Assembly (NCBI GenBank): GCA_963748625.1 | Contig: CAVVJT010000007.1 | Location: 992,001 to 1,056,000, forward strand | Origin: an uncultured Chloroflexia bacterium | GTDB taxonomy: Bacteria; Chloroflexota; Limnocylindria; Limnocylindrales; CSP1-4 | Direction: 5' to 3' | Length of the DNA: 64,000 nucleotides | Shown here: in pieces, positions 29,184 through 40,535 of the stretch | Layout: each line of letters starts with the position of its first letter | Position numbering within the stretch: the first letter of the stretch is position 1 | Program-made: the position numbers and the translations under genes | Notes under the pieces: generated by a model | Database searches by the model: none | Told to the model about the DNA's origin: nothing | What the model saw: only the letters and a program-made list of their open reading frames with translations

Positions 29184-30385
29184 CGCGGTCCCTCGAACGG
29201 GTTCGCGAGGGTGACCAGCCCGACCGCGGGGTCGCCCGGCACCGTCGTCGGGCCTGAGGCCGCCGGCATGCCCGGGATCGGCAGCGGGGCCCCGGCCTCA
29301 CGCGCGGCCCGCGCCGCATCGGAGCAGACAGGGCACGTGGGGTCACGCCGCAGCCGCAGCTCGGTGAACTCGGTCTCGAGGGCGTCGAAGAGCAGCAGGC
29401 GGCCGGTCATCGGACTGCCGGCGCCAAGGAGGAGCTTGAGGACCTCGTTGGCCTGGAGCAGGCCCATGATCCCGGGCACGACCCCCAGGACGCCCGCCAC
29501 GTTGCAGGCGGGCGCGAGCTCCGGGGGAGGCGGCGACGGGTACAGGCAGCGGTAGCAGGGCCCCTCGTACGGGACGAAGACCGAGAGCTGGCCCTCGAAC
29601 CGGTAGACCGATGCGTGGACGACCGGGATGCCAGCCGCGACAGCGGCGTCGTTGAGCAGGTAGCGCGTCTCGAAGCTGTCGGTCCCGTCGAGGATGACGT
29701 CGAACCCCGCGATGACGCGCTCGACGTTCGCCGAAACGAGCATCTCGTCGATTGCCACCACCGTCACGTCAGGGTTCAGGGCCGTGATGGTCGTCCTGGC
29801 CGACTCCACCTTCTTGAGGCCGACGCGGTCGGTCGTGTGGAGCACCTGGCGCTGCAGGTTCGAGACATCGACCACGTCGAAGTCGATGAGGGCGAGGGTG
29901 CCCACCCCGGCGGCAGCGAGGTAGAGGGCGGCCGGTGACCCGAGGCCCCCTGCGCCCACGAGGAGCACCTTGGAGGCGAGCAGGCGGGCCTGGCCATCGG
30001 CACCCACCTCGGGGATCAGCAGGTGGCGGCTGTAGCGCCGGCGCTGGGCGTCGGTCAGAGGGCTCGCCGGCACCTCGACCGGTCGGCCCTCGGCGCGCCA
30101 CTGCTCGATGCCGCCGGCCATCGAGACGACATCGGCATAGCCAATCGCTCCAAGGGCCTGTGCCGCGAACAACGAACGCACGCCGGACCGGCAGTACAGC
30201 ACGAGCGGCTGCGCCGGATCCGCCACCGCGGCGCCGATCTCCGTCTCGAGCCGGCTCTTCGGCACCAGGACGGCGCCGGGGATCCGCTCCACGGCCCACT
30301 CGTTGTCCTCGCGGACATCGACGAGCAGCGCGCCTGTGGCGCGCAGGGCATCGGCCTCGGCGGGCGATACCTCGCGGATCGTCAG
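29180..30385 (-). CDS. moeB: Rhodanese-MoeB/ThiF adenylyltransferase (sulfur-carrier activating enzyme)
   Basis: DVRE..E..YCRSGVRS rhodanese; RYSRHLL, GAGGLGS, SNLQRQ, PCYRC, CPVC. Confidence 0.9.
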   Translation of the reverse strand: MTIREVSPAEADALRATGALLVDVREDNEWAVERIPGAVLVPKSRLETEIGAAVADPAQPLVLYCRSGVRSLFAAQALGAIGYADVVSMAGGIEQWRAEGRPVEVPASPLTDAQRRRYSRHLLIPEVGADGQARLLASKVLLVGAGGLGSPAALYLAAAGVGTLALIDFDVVDVSNLQRQVLHTTDRVGLKKVESARTTITALNPDVTVVAIDEMLVSANVERVIAGFDVILDGTDSFETRYLLNDAAVAAGIPVVHASVYRFEGQLSVFVPYEGPCYRCLYPSPPPPELAPACNVAGVLGVVPGIMGLLQANEVLKLLLGAGSPMTGRLLLFDALETEFTELRLRRDPTCPVCSDAARAAREAGAPLPIPGMPAASGPTTVPGDPAVGLVTLANPFEGPR

Positions 30386-30777
30386 CCTGCCTCCTTCGCC
30401 AGGGGCTTCGCGCCGACCTCGTCGAGCAGGTGCTGGAGCGAGTCGAACGAGAGCATCGCGCACTTGAGGCGCGCCGGGCTGATCTCGATCCCGAGCAGCT
30501 CGAGCAGGTCCGTCGCGGCGAACGCCGCCACGTCGCCAACCGGCTTGCCCTTGACCTCGTCGGTCAGGAGGCTCGCGGAGGCCTGGCTGATGGCGCAGCC
30601 GCGGCCCGTGAAGCCAACGTCCGTCACGACGCCGTCCTCGACGGTCAGTTGCATCGTGATCCGGTCGCCGCAGAGGGGATTGGACCCCTCGAACGACGCG
30701 GTGGGCATCTCCAGCACCCCGAAGTTGTGGGGGTGCCGGTAGTGCTCGAGGATGTAGTCGCGGTACAGGTCGTCCAT
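30382..30777 (-). CDS. sufU: SufU/IscU-type Fe-S assembly sulfur-transfer protein
   Basis: LYRDYILEHY, NPLCGD, GCAISQAS, RLKCA. Confidence 0.92.
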   Translation of the reverse strand: MDDLYRDYILEHYRHPHNFGVLEMPTASFEGSNPLCGDRITMQLTVEDGVVTDVGFTGRGCAISQASASLLTDEVKGKPVGDVAAFAATDLLELLGIEISPARLKCAMLSFDSLQHLLDEVGAKPLAKEAG

Positions 30778-31031
30778 GGGTCCGCCGAGTGTAACGCCGC
30801 GTGTCCGCATGCGACCACCTGAGCAGGTCTGAGGAATCGGCCCGCCCGTCATCTCCAGGCTGTGACGGTTGCGACAACGATGCGTTCTGGTATACCGGAG
30901 GTATCGGCTCCCGTTAGACTGGCCCTATTCCCGGTCAGCGATCCATGCCGCGTGCCGGCGGATGCGTGACCGACATCAGGACTAGGGGAGCGGCCCGACG
31001 ACATGCGCGCCGCCGCCCCGGGAGGAGCACA

Positions 31032-32168
31032 GTGCGCAACTCCGTATCCAGGGTGGCTGTCGCCCTGGCATCGATCGCGATCGTCGTCGCCGCATGCGGT
31101 GGTGGCAGCGGCGGTTCCGACAAGGCGAGACCGCCACGTCCGCCGCGGACCTGGGTGGCATCGACAAGCGTCTGGAGGCCGGCAAGGACGAGGGCACGCT
31201 CAACGACGATCGCCCTGCCGCCGGACTGGGCCAACTACGGGGCCAGATCATGGACGACTTCACGACGAAGTACGGCATCAAGATCATCACCGACCAGCCG
31301 GACGCGACAGCCAGCCACGAGATCACCACGGCCAAGCAGCGACAGGGCACCGGCCGCAGCCCGACGTCGTTCGACCTGGGCACCGGTCGTCGCCCAGGCC
31401 AACCTCGACATGTTCGCGCCGTACCAGTCGGCGACGTGGGCGGACATCCCGGACAACCTCAAGGACGCCGCAGGCCCTGGATCAACGACTACACCGGCTA
31501 CATGTCGATCGGCTACGACACCCGCAAGGTCGAGACGCTCACGACGGTCGCCCGACCTGCTGGACCCCAAGTACAAGGGCATGATCGCCCTCAACGGCGA
31601 CCCACCCAAGGCGTCCGCGCGGCTTCAACGGCGTCATGATGGCCTCGCTGGCCAACGGCGGCTCCGCTGACAACATCGCAGCCCGGCGTCGACTTCTTCA
31701 AGCAGCTCTCCGAGGCGGCAACTTCCTGCCCGTGGACCCGACCCCGGCCACGATCACCTCGGGCCAGACCCCGATCGTCATCGACTGGCTGTACAACAAC
31801 GCCTCCCAGATCGGCTCCCAGTCCAAGACGGGCGTGGACTGGAAGGTCGTCGTCCCCGCGGACGCGCCCCCGGTCTCCTCGTTCTACATGGCGACGATCA
31901 ACAAGGACGCCGCCCACCCGGCCGCCGCCCGCTGCTGGGTCGAGTACCTCTTCTCGGACGCCGGCCAGAACACCTGGCTCAAGGGCTTCGCGACGCCCGT
32001 CCGCCTTGCTGCGATGCAGGCGGCCGGAACGGCTGACCAGGAGGCCGTCGCCGCGCTCGGCGCGCCGGCGACCGCGCCGGTGCAGCTGACCGCGGAGCAG
32101 ATCGACGCGGCCAAGGTGCTCCTGACCGACCCGACCAGCGGCTGGAACTTCATCACGCATCCAGCTAG
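31032..32168 (+). CDS. ABC transporter substrate-binding lipoprotein (polyamine/iron/thiamine clade), multiply frameshifted
   Basis: Lipobox VAAC, ALPPDWANYG, DYTGYMSIGY, AINKDAAHPAAAR; fragments spread over three frames. Confidence 0.75.
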
Positions 32169-32201
32169 CCACGGATCCCGTCTGAGCGCGGAGGTGCCCG
32201 C

Positions 32202-33136
32202 ATGACCGTATCCACGGTCGGCGTGCCCGCCCCCTCGGAGCTGCCCGCGGCCGGCCCCGCCTCGGCGGGGCCGGCCGCAGCCTCCGCAGGAGGGCCGGGA
32301 ACTACGTCGCCCTCGTCCCGTTCCACGCATACCTCGGGCTGTTCCTGATCTTCCCGACGGTGGTGGTCCTGGTCGGCGCGTTGACGACCACCGAGGGCCA
32401 GCTCACGCTCGACAACTTCCGTGCGGTCTTCATCGACGCCCTCGTTCGTCGACTCCTTCGTCAAGTCGATCCAGCTCTCGGCCAGTCACCGCACTGCTCG
32501 GGGCCGTCGTCGGCGGCCTGCTGGCGTGGGCCGTCGCGCGCGGCGAACCCGAACGGCACCCAGCGCCGTGCTGATCGTCTCGGTCTCAGGCGTCCTGGCG
32601 CAGTTCGGTGGCGTCATGCTGACGTTCGCCTTCCTGGCGACCATCGGCTACGAGGGCATGCTGACGCTGCTCCTCAACGACATCCTTCAACGTCAAGCTG
32701 GACATGTCGTGGGTGTACTCCATGACCGGCCTGATCCTGCTCTACTCCTTCTTCCAGATCCCGCTGATGCTGATCGTGTTCCTGCCCTCCATGGACAGCC
32801 TGCGCCAGGAGTGGTACGACGCCTCGGCCAGCCTTGGCGGCAGTCCCTGGTCGTTCTGGCGGCACGTTGGCGGCCCGATCCTCACCCCGAGCTTCCTGGG
32901 CGCCCTGCTGCTGCTCTTCACCAACGCCTTCGCCGCCTACGCCACCGCGCAGGCCCTGATCAGCCAGGGGTGCGGGCTCATCACCCAGCAGATCTCGTGC
33001 CAGATGACGAGCGAGGTCGTGCTTGGCCAGGAGAACGTGGGCAAGGCACTCGCGCTGGGCATGATCATCGTCGTCGTCGGTGGTGATGCTGCTGTACGCC
33101 TACATCCAGCGGCGCGCCTCGAGGTGGGTCAAGTGA
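32202..33136 (+). CDS. ABC transporter permease, frameshifted
   Basis: AQFGGVMLTFAF, FQIPLM, YDASASLG (EAA-like loop). Confidence 0.78.
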
Positions 33137-34051
33137 GCGGCGTCGGTCAACACCCAGATGGGCGCTGCCGCCCCCGAGGGCGGCGCGCTCCTGGCCAAGC
33201 CACCGAGGGGCGGCAGGCGCCGCCGGACATCGCGTCGCCAGCGATCGTGCGCTACCTGGTCCTCATCCTCGTGCGTGGGCTACCTGATCGGCCCGCTGTT
33301 CGCGTCACTCGAGTTCGCGACGCGCGGGAACTACGACAAGGCCACCGGGACCTTCGGACGCACCCTCGAGGCCTTCGCATCGATCCTGAGCTATCCGAAC
33401 CTCGTCGAGAGCATCATCGTCGACGCTGCAGATCGCGCGCGCTGACGGTGTTCGGGATGCTCCTGCTGCTCGTCCCGACGATGGTCTGGACCGTGGTCCG
33501 CGTGCCCCGGATGCGGCGAGTCGTCGAGTTCCTGTGCCTGCTGCCGCTGGCGATCCCGGCGATCGTGATCGTGGTGGGCATCGCGCCCATCTACCGCTGG
33601 CTCGGCCAGAACCTCGGCGCCGTTGGCGCATCACCGCTCACGCTCGCCCTGATCAACATCATCCTGGTGCTGCCGTACTCGTACCGCGCCATCGACTCCG
33701 GCCTGCGCGGGCTGGACACGGCGACGCTCGCCGACGCGGCGCGAAGCCTGGGTGCCGGCTGGCCTCGAGCGATCTTCCAGGTCATCGTGCCGAACATCCG
33801 CGGCTGGCGTCCTCTCCGCCTCGGTGCTCGCCATCGCCCTGGTGCTCGGCGAGTTCACGATCTCGTCGCTGCTCTCGTTCAACACCGTCCAGGTGGTCAT
33901 CTACCTGCTGGGCAAGCGTGACGCCTACGTGGCGGTTGCGGTCTCACTGGCCGCCCTGTTCTTCGCATTCGTCCTGCTGTTCGCCATTTCCCGGTTCGCC
34001 CCAGGGGCCGGAAGTCGCACCCAACGAGTCGTCGAGGAGCCCGTTGCATGA
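33133..34051 (+). CDS. ABC transporter permease, frameshifted
   Basis: LPLAIPAIV, LADAARSLGA (EAA loop), VLGEFTI. Confidence 0.78.
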
Positions 34052-35116
34052 CCGCCACGACCTCTGACCCCACCGCCGGCAGCCATGGCGTTGCCGTCGT
34101 CTTCGACCAGCTGCACCGCTGGTACGGCCCGGTCCACGCGCTCGACGGGCTGTCCATCGACATCGCGCCGGGCGAGCTGATCGCCCTGCTCGGGCCGTCG
34201 GGTGCGGCAAGACCACCGCGCTGCGTGCGCTGGGCGGCCTCGACGAGCTCGATGCGGGCCGGATCCTCGTCGGCGGCAAGGACATCACCGGCGTCCCGAC
34301 GAACAAGCGCAACATGGGGATCGTCTTCCAGGCCTACAGCCTGTTCCCCAACATGACCGCGCGCGACAACGTCGCGTATGGCCTCCGGCTTCGAGGCATG
34401 GACAAGAAGGCGCGCAACAAGAAGGCCGAGGAGACGCTCGACCTGGTCGGCCTCGCCGTGCAGGCCAATCGCTACCCGCACCAGATGTCGGGCGGCCAGC
34501 AGCAGCGGGTGGCGCTCGCGCGCGCCCTGGCCATCGAGCCGAGCGTGCTGCTCCTCGACGAGCCGTTGTCCGCGCTCGACGCCAAGGTCCGGCGCCAGCT
34601 CCGCGAGGAGATTCGACGGATCCAGATCATGGTCGGCATCACCACCCTGTTCGTGACCCACGACCAGGAGGAGGCGCTGGCCATGGGCGACCGCGTGGGC
34701 GTCATGTCGGCTGGTCGCCTGGAGCAGATCGCTCCGCCGGCCGAGCTGTACGACCGGCCGCAGACCCGGTTCGTGGCCGAGTTCGTGGGGCTCACCAACC
34801 GCATCCCGGCACGCACCGACGGCACCGACGTGGAGGTGCTGGGCCGACGCATCGCGCTGCTCCCCGGCTCCAGCGATCGCGGCGACGTCCACGCGCTCGT
34901 CCGGCCGGAGAACGTCCGGGTCACCCCGACGGAGAACGGCACAGGCCGGGTCCTTGCGGTCAGCTTCCTGGGCTCGCTGTGCCGCGCCCAGGTGGCGCTG
35001 CCCGACGAGACGCTCGTGGTTGCCCAGATGTCCGCGTCCGATTCCGTGGGGCTCTACCCCGGCATCGCGGTCGACCTGGCCGTGGCGCCGCGCCAGTGTT
35101 CGTCGTCGCCAACTAG
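34048..35116 (+). CDS. ABC transporter ATP-binding protein (PotA/MalK-like), frameshifted
   Basis: LLGPSG, MSGGQQQRVALARAL, LLDEPLSALD, VTHDQEEA. Confidence 0.85.
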
Positions 35117-35180
35117 TCGTTCTCGCTCCGCGCCGCACTGTCGTCGTCGTCGCCCAAGGTTGCTTCACCGATGTCTCCTC

Positions 35181-36559
35181 GTGGACCCTTCCTTGATCCG
35201 CCACATCACCGAGCCCGCCCGCACCATCGACGTCATCCACGAGACGGACGTCCTGGTCGTGGGCAGCGGCCCCGGTGGTCTTGGTGCGGCGCTTGGCGCG
35301 GCGCGGGCCGGCGCCCGGACGACCCTGGTCGAGCGGCACGGCTGCTTCGGCGGCAACATCACCGCGGTCGGCGTCGAGACCTTCGCCTGGTACCGGCGCA
35401 AGGAGACCGTGGACAGCGTCGGCGTGGGCGCCGAGATCGAGGCGCGCGCCCGGGCGGCAGGCGCCACCACGGACGAGTCCCAGTCGACCAGCCAGGCCCT
35501 CGACGCGGACCGGTTCAAGGTCGTCGCTGACACCCTGGTCGAGGAGAACGGGATCCACCCGATGCTCCACCGCATGTTCGTCGCCCCGATCATCGAGGAC
35601 GGCGTCCTGCGCGGCGTGATCACCGAGAGCAAGTCCGGCCGCGAGGCCATCCTCGCCAAGCGCGTCGTGGACGCGACCGGCGACGCGGACGTCGCTGCGC
35701 GCTCCGGCGCCGCGGTCCGCATGGCGCCGCCCGAGGAGCGGCTGTCGGTCTCGGTCCTGTTCTCGATGACCGGCGTGAACAAGCGGCGCTACCTCGAGGG
35801 CATCGCGGCCGACGCGCCAACCTACAGCGACTGGTCCGGCAACTCCGCCTGGAACACCAGACCGACGGCAAGGAGGACAGCCTCTTCTCGCCGTTCCTGC
35901 GCAAGCCGTTCAGCAAGGCCGTGGAGGCCGGCCTCATCCCGTCCGACCTCGTCACGATGGCCGGCACCTACGGCGCCATGCACGACACCGGCGACCTCAC
36001 CTACCTCAACCTGGTCCACATCGACGGGGTGGACGCGACCAGCGCGGACGAGCTGTGCCGCGCCGAGATCGAGGGCCGCAGGCAGGCGATGCACGCGATC
36101 GAGGCGCTCCGCCGGTTCCAGCCCGGCTGCGAGGACGCGACGCTGCGCAACTTCGGGATGACCCTGGGCGTGCGGGACACGCGCAAGATCGACGCGCGCT
36201 ACAACCTCACCGAGGACGACGTGCGGGGCCAGGCCCGGTTCGAGGACTCGATCGGGATCTTCCCGGAGTTCATCGACGGCTACGGCGTGCTGATCCTGCC
36301 GACGACCGGGCGCTACTTCCACGTGCCGTACGGCGCGCTCGTCCCCAAGGGTGTGTCGAACCTGCTGGTCGCGGGCCGCAGCATCGGCGGCGACAAGATC
36401 AGCCACGCCGCGGTGCGCTCGATGATGTGCTGCACGGTGAGCGGCCAGGGCGCCGGCGTGGGCGCGGCAGTCTCGATCCGCGAGGGCGTCGCGTCCGAGG
36501 ACGTGCCGATCGCCAAGGTCCGCGCGGAGCTCGCCCGCCAGGGCGTCCGCCTGGACTGA
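35181..36559 (+). CDS. FAD-dependent oxidoreductase (FAD_oxidored/PF12831-like), frameshifted
   Basis: DVLVVGSGPGG, VDATGDADVA, GVRDTR, VPYGALVP..NLLVAGR; indel near 35860. Confidence 0.82.
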
Positions 36560-36575
36560 CCGGACACGCACCTCG

Positions 36576-37086
36576 ATGGACGACCTGGCCGCGACCCTGT
36601 CGGCGCTGGGCAGCCTCGCGCTCATCGGCTGGATCGTCATCGCCGTCATCCAGCTGCGGCTGCAGTACCTCCAGCGGCGCGAGGACACCGTGCTGCGCCT
36701 GTACGAGCCGCTCCTGTCCGAGCCGCTGGCGCGGGCCTACTGGCGGGTGCAGACCTGGCCCTCGCCGGGACCACGCCGCGTTCCAGGCCGAGGCCACGGA
36801 GGATGACTGGGTCGCGTTCGACCAGGTGGCCACCTTCTACGACACGATGGGCATCCTGCACCACCGTGGTGTGGCGAGCCTGTCCCTGCTCGATGAGCTG
36901 CTCACCTCCTCGATCTTCGAGGCGTGGGACGCCTGCGCGGACATCGTCCGCGGTGAGCGCGAGCGGACCGGCACGCCCCAGAAGTACGCCGCCTTCGAGC
37001 GCCTCGTCAGCTTGCTGGAGGCGCGTCTCGCGGCGCGGGGCGAGCCGTCGGCCCGGCCACCTGGGGAGGGGCACGACGGCGCCTGA
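36576..37086 (+). CDS. DUF4760-like membrane-anchored protein, frameshifted
   Basis: N-terminal TM, then FYDTMGIL..G..W...R.....Y..FE.L pattern. Confidence 0.55.
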
Positions 37087-37089
37087 CCG

Positions 37090-38217
37090 GAGGGCCCGTT
37101 CGCCCGAGGCCTGGACCAGGGTGTGCGCCAGGCGGTCCTCGTCGAGTTCGAAGCCGAGCCCCGGCCGTTCGTCGAGCACGATCACGCCGTCCGCATCGAT
37201 GTCGACCGGCCTCGTCATCGGATAGTCCCGGCGCTCGAGGGTCCAGCCCGGCGGATCGTACGGGAACTCGACATAGGGTGAGCCGGCGAGACCAGCCGCC
37301 AGGTGGATGTTGGCCAGTGTGCCGATGCCGATCGTCCACGCATGCGGCGTGAACATGAGGTGGTTCTCCTGCGCCATGATGGCGACGCGGCGCAGGCCCG
37401 AGATGCCGCCGCACCAGGTGACGTCGGGCTGCAGGACATCGAGGCAGCGACGCTGGATGAGGTTCTGGAACTCGTAGACCTCGAGGTTGCCCTCGCCACC
37501 CGCGATGCGGAGATCGGTGCTCTGCCGCAGCGCCGCCATCCCCTCGATGTCACCGCGATGGAGCGGCTCCTCCATCCAGTAGACGCCGAGGTCCTCCAGG
37601 GCCCTGGCCACGACGAGCGCGTCCTTCAACTGCCACGGCAGCTGGATGTCCCACGGCATGCGCCAGCCCTGGTTGCAGTCGACCATGAGCTCGAGACGAT
37701 CCCCGACGCGACGGCGCACCGCTTCGACCACCGCAACGTCGTCCCGCCAGTCATGACGCCCGAAGCGGATCTTCATGGCCTTGAACCCGCGTGAGATGTA
37801 GAACTCGGCCAGTTCCACCGTCTCGTCGGCAGTGCGGAGGGAGCCCGTCGACGCGTAGGCAGTGCAGCGATCGCTCAGGCCGCCAAGCATCTTCCAGACG
37901 GGCTGCCCGGTGATCTTGCCCGCCAGGTCCCAGAGGGCGATGTCGACCGGCCAGGGACGACCGAAGTAGAAGTTGAGGTTGTCAAGGACTCGGTAGTGGC
38001 GCTCGAGCGCGAGCGGGTCCTGGCCGACGAACAGTCCCTCGTGCCCCTCGAAGCCGCGCATCGTGTACCCGGCTCCAATGCCCGTGATGCCCTCGTCGGT
38101 CGTCACCCGCACCAATGACATGGGGTGGCTTGTCTTCGGTCGAGAGTCGAACGACGCCGCGTACGGAGGATCGAGCGTCAGGCTGTGGTGCGTGATGGTG
38201 ATCGATGTGATCTTCAC
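37090..38217 (-). CDS. Mandelate racemase/muconate lactonizing enzyme family protein (3' end approximate)
   Basis: DIALWDLAGK, KAMKIR, LMVDCNQ, WMEEPL, AGGE, QPD, PH, PGLG. Confidence 0.88.
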
Positions 38218-38234
38218 GAGTGCCCTACCTCGCC

Positions 38235-39689
38235 CTACCGGCTGGCTGCCTCCACTGCACGGTGCATCTGCCCCAAAGTTCCCTCGAGCATGGTCGCAAG
38301 CTCCCGGTACGCCCCCTCGTTGATGGTCGTGTAGACCCTGTGGTTGTCCGGGTCAGGGGTGTACTCGACCTGCTGGTGGACCATGGCGCCGACGGCCTCG
38401 GCGAAGTCGGCATAGGTCCCCGTGGCCACGGCCACGCTGATGGCCGCCCCCAGGGCCGCAGCTCCGTTGACCTCGTTGCGCACGGTCCTGATGCCGAACA
38501 CATCGGCCACGATCTGCATGAACAGGGGGCTGTTCGATCCCCCGCCACAGACGATCAGCTTGTCCTGGACGACCCCGATGTCCCGGTTCATGGCGTCCAG
38601 GTTGTTCTTCATGCGCATCGCGATCGCTTCCATGATCGACCGGTACATGTGGCCCCGCGTGTGCCGCTGATCGAAGCCGATCATGACGCCCTTCTTGTGC
38701 AGCTGGGTCGCCGGGGCAAGCCAGTCGGGAACGGTCAGGAGGCCATCGGAGCCGGCGGGCACCTGGGCAGCCTCCTCCTCGAGCAACTCCTCGGCACGGC
38801 GACCCGTCTCGAGCGCGCGCCGCTCAAGGTCCTCGCCGAAGAGGCTCTTGAACCAGGAGATATGCCACATGCCGCCCCGAATGCCCGTGCTCTCATACAG
38901 GTACCGGAACGGGATGCTGGACAGGTTGGTGAAGAAGCTGTCGGTATCGGGCAGATTGCGATCGCCCGCGACCATCGACGTGATGTAGGTGCCCAGGGAC
39001 AGCAGGGCAACGCGAGGCTCGATCAGCCCTGACCCGAGGGCCTCCACGGCCTTGTCGTTGGCGGTAGCGACCACGGGGATGCCTTCCGGCAGCCCCGTCT
39101 CTCGCGCCGCCGCGGCGGATACGTGCCCGAGGATGTCCCCGGGCAGGCCCATGTCCAGAAGCTTGGCCCTGGGAATCCTGAATGCCGAAAGGACCTCCGG
39201 ATCCTCGGACCAGCTCCAGGTGTCCATGTCGGTCGGGAACTGGTACTGGTAGGAGTTGGCGATCGTGTCCTTCAGCTCGCCGGTGAGCCGGAACGTCAGG
39301 TAGCCCGAGGTCGACCCGGTGTAGCCGATAGCCGGATCATCCTCGAACGGCACGTACGCCCGCACGTCCATCCAGCTCATGACCGGCGCGGCGAGCGAGC
39401 CGTTGTTCCTGAGGAACACCCGGCAGCAGCGGATCGAGCACAGGCCGATCCCCTTGATGTCAGACACGTCCCCGGTGAACGAGGCCATGAGTTCCTGGAG
39501 CGCTGCCTTGGTGCTGTCCCACAGATCGTCGTCGGGATGCTCGACCCAGCCCGGCTGCCGAGACAGCATGGGCTTCAGGGGCTGGCTCGCGCTGAGGAGG
39601 ACCTCCCCCCTCTGGTTGATCATCGAGACTTTGGTGCTCTGGGTGCCGCTGTCGACACCGAGGAAGTACACATCCCGCTTGCTTGTCAT
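38235..39689 (-). CDS. ygcE: FGGY-family sugar kinase, YgcE-like
   Basis: GVDSGTQSTKV, EHPDDDLW, SIRCCR, NDKAVEALG, GGGSNS; matches recalled E. coli YgcE motifs. Confidence 0.82.
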   Translation of the reverse strand: MTSKRDVYFLGVDSGTQSTKVSMINQRGEVLLSASQPLKPMLSRQPGWVEHPDDDLWDSTKAALQELMASFTGDVSDIKGIGLCSIRCCRVFLRNNGSLAAPVMSWMDVRAYVPFEDDPAIGYTGSTSGYLTFRLTGELKDTIANSYQYQFPTDMDTWSWSEDPEVLSAFRIPRAKLLDMGLPGDILGHVSAAAARETGLPEGIPVVATANDKAVEALGSGLIEPRVALLSLGTYITSMVAGDRNLPDTDSFFTNLSSIPFRYLYESTGIRGGMWHISWFKSLFGEDLERRALETGRRAEELLEEEAAQVPAGSDGLLTVPDWLAPATQLHKKGVMIGFDQRHTRGHMYRSIMEAIAMRMKNNLDAMNRDIGVVQDKLIVCGGGSNSPLFMQIVADVFGIRTVRNEVNGAAALGAAISVAVATGTYADFAEAVGAMVHQQVEYTPDPDNHRVYTTINEGAYRELATMLEGTLGQMHRAVEAASR

Positions 39690-39752
39690 CGCGGCCTTCC
39701 TGTGCCTTGGATTCAGGTGGTTGGAGGTTGAGACTGCGTCGCCAAGCTGGGC

Positions 39753-40535
39753 TCAGCGCATCAGGTAGCCGCCGTCGACGGTCAGGACGATGCCGTTCAC
39801 GTAGTTCGAGGCATCACTGGCCAGGAAGACGCACGCGCCCATGAGATCAGCGGTGTCGCCCCAGCGATTCGCGGGAATGTGCGCGAGGATCGTGGCATTG
39901 CGCTGCGGGTCACTGCGCGTCTTCTCCGTCAGCCTGGTGGCGAAGTAGCCGGGAGCGATGGCATTGACCTGGACGTTGAACTGCGCCAGCTCATCGCACA
40001 GTGCCTTGGTCAACCCGACGATCCCGTGCTTGGTGGCGGCATAGGCCGGAGACCACTGCCCGCCAAGGAACGAGTACAGCGAGGCGATGTTGATGATCTT
40101 GCCGCGCTGCTGCTTGATCATGTGCTTGCAGGCCTCGTGGGACATCTCGAAGGCGGCAGTCAGGTTGACGGCCACCATCTTGTCCCACTCCGTGCGCGTG
40201 AACTTGGTGACGTCCTCGATGTTGATCGAGATGCCGGCGCAGTTGACGAGGATGTCGATGCTGCCCCAAGCGGCCACACAGGCGTCGACGGCCCGCTTGG
40301 GCTCGCCATCAGCCGTGATGTCCCCGTACAGATGCCGGTACTGGACGCCGCAGTCCTCGACCAACTGCTTCGTCTCGCCGTCCTCCTCGACCAGGCTGAT
40401 GGCGAGGACATTGGCCCCGCCTCTGGCAAGGGCCACGGAGAACGCCTGCCCGAGGCCGCTGTTGCCTCCGGTCACGAGCGCATTCCTGCCCTTGAGGGAG
40501 AAGGTGCCCAGCGAGAAGTCCGTGACGTTCATCAT
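39753..40535 (-). CDS. ygcW: SDR oxidoreductase, YgcW/KduD-like
   Basis: FSLKG..ALVTGGNSGLGQAF, YAATKHG, NAIAPGY, IPANRWG. Confidence 0.82.
   Translation of the reverse strand: MMNVTDFSLGTFSLKGRNALVTGGNSGLGQAFSVALARGGANVLAISLVEEDGETKQLVEDCGVQYRHLYGDITADGEPKRAVDACVAAWGSIDILVNCAGISINIEDVTKFTRTEWDKMVAVNLTAAFEMSHEACKHMIKQQRGKIINIASLYSFLGGQWSPAYAATKHGIVGLTKALCDELAQFNVQVNAIAPGYFATRLTEKTRSDPQRNATILAHIPANRWGDTADLMGACVFLASDASNYVNGIVLTVDGGYLMR

Noticed and set aside
30386-30877. N-terminal extension of MoeB (565-aa ORF)
   Set aside because: It overlaps sufU in another frame and has no protein-like composition; the real start is near 30385.
30800-31030. Riboswitch upstream of the ABC transporter
   Set aside because: No TPP, cobalamin, SAM or FMN consensus was recognised by eye; an Rfam scan would be needed to exclude one.
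34314-36161. ABC ATPase - FAD oxidoreductase fusion (615-aa ORF)
   Set aside because: Produced by an indel near 35090: the natural ATPase end (APVFVVAN-stop, 35116) is in another frame and the linker reads as non-coding sequence.
36646-37090. 150-aa C-terminal extension of the enolase-family protein
   Set aside because: The fold ends at PGLGFELD; the extension overlaps a convergent gene and is probably a lost stop or sequencing error.
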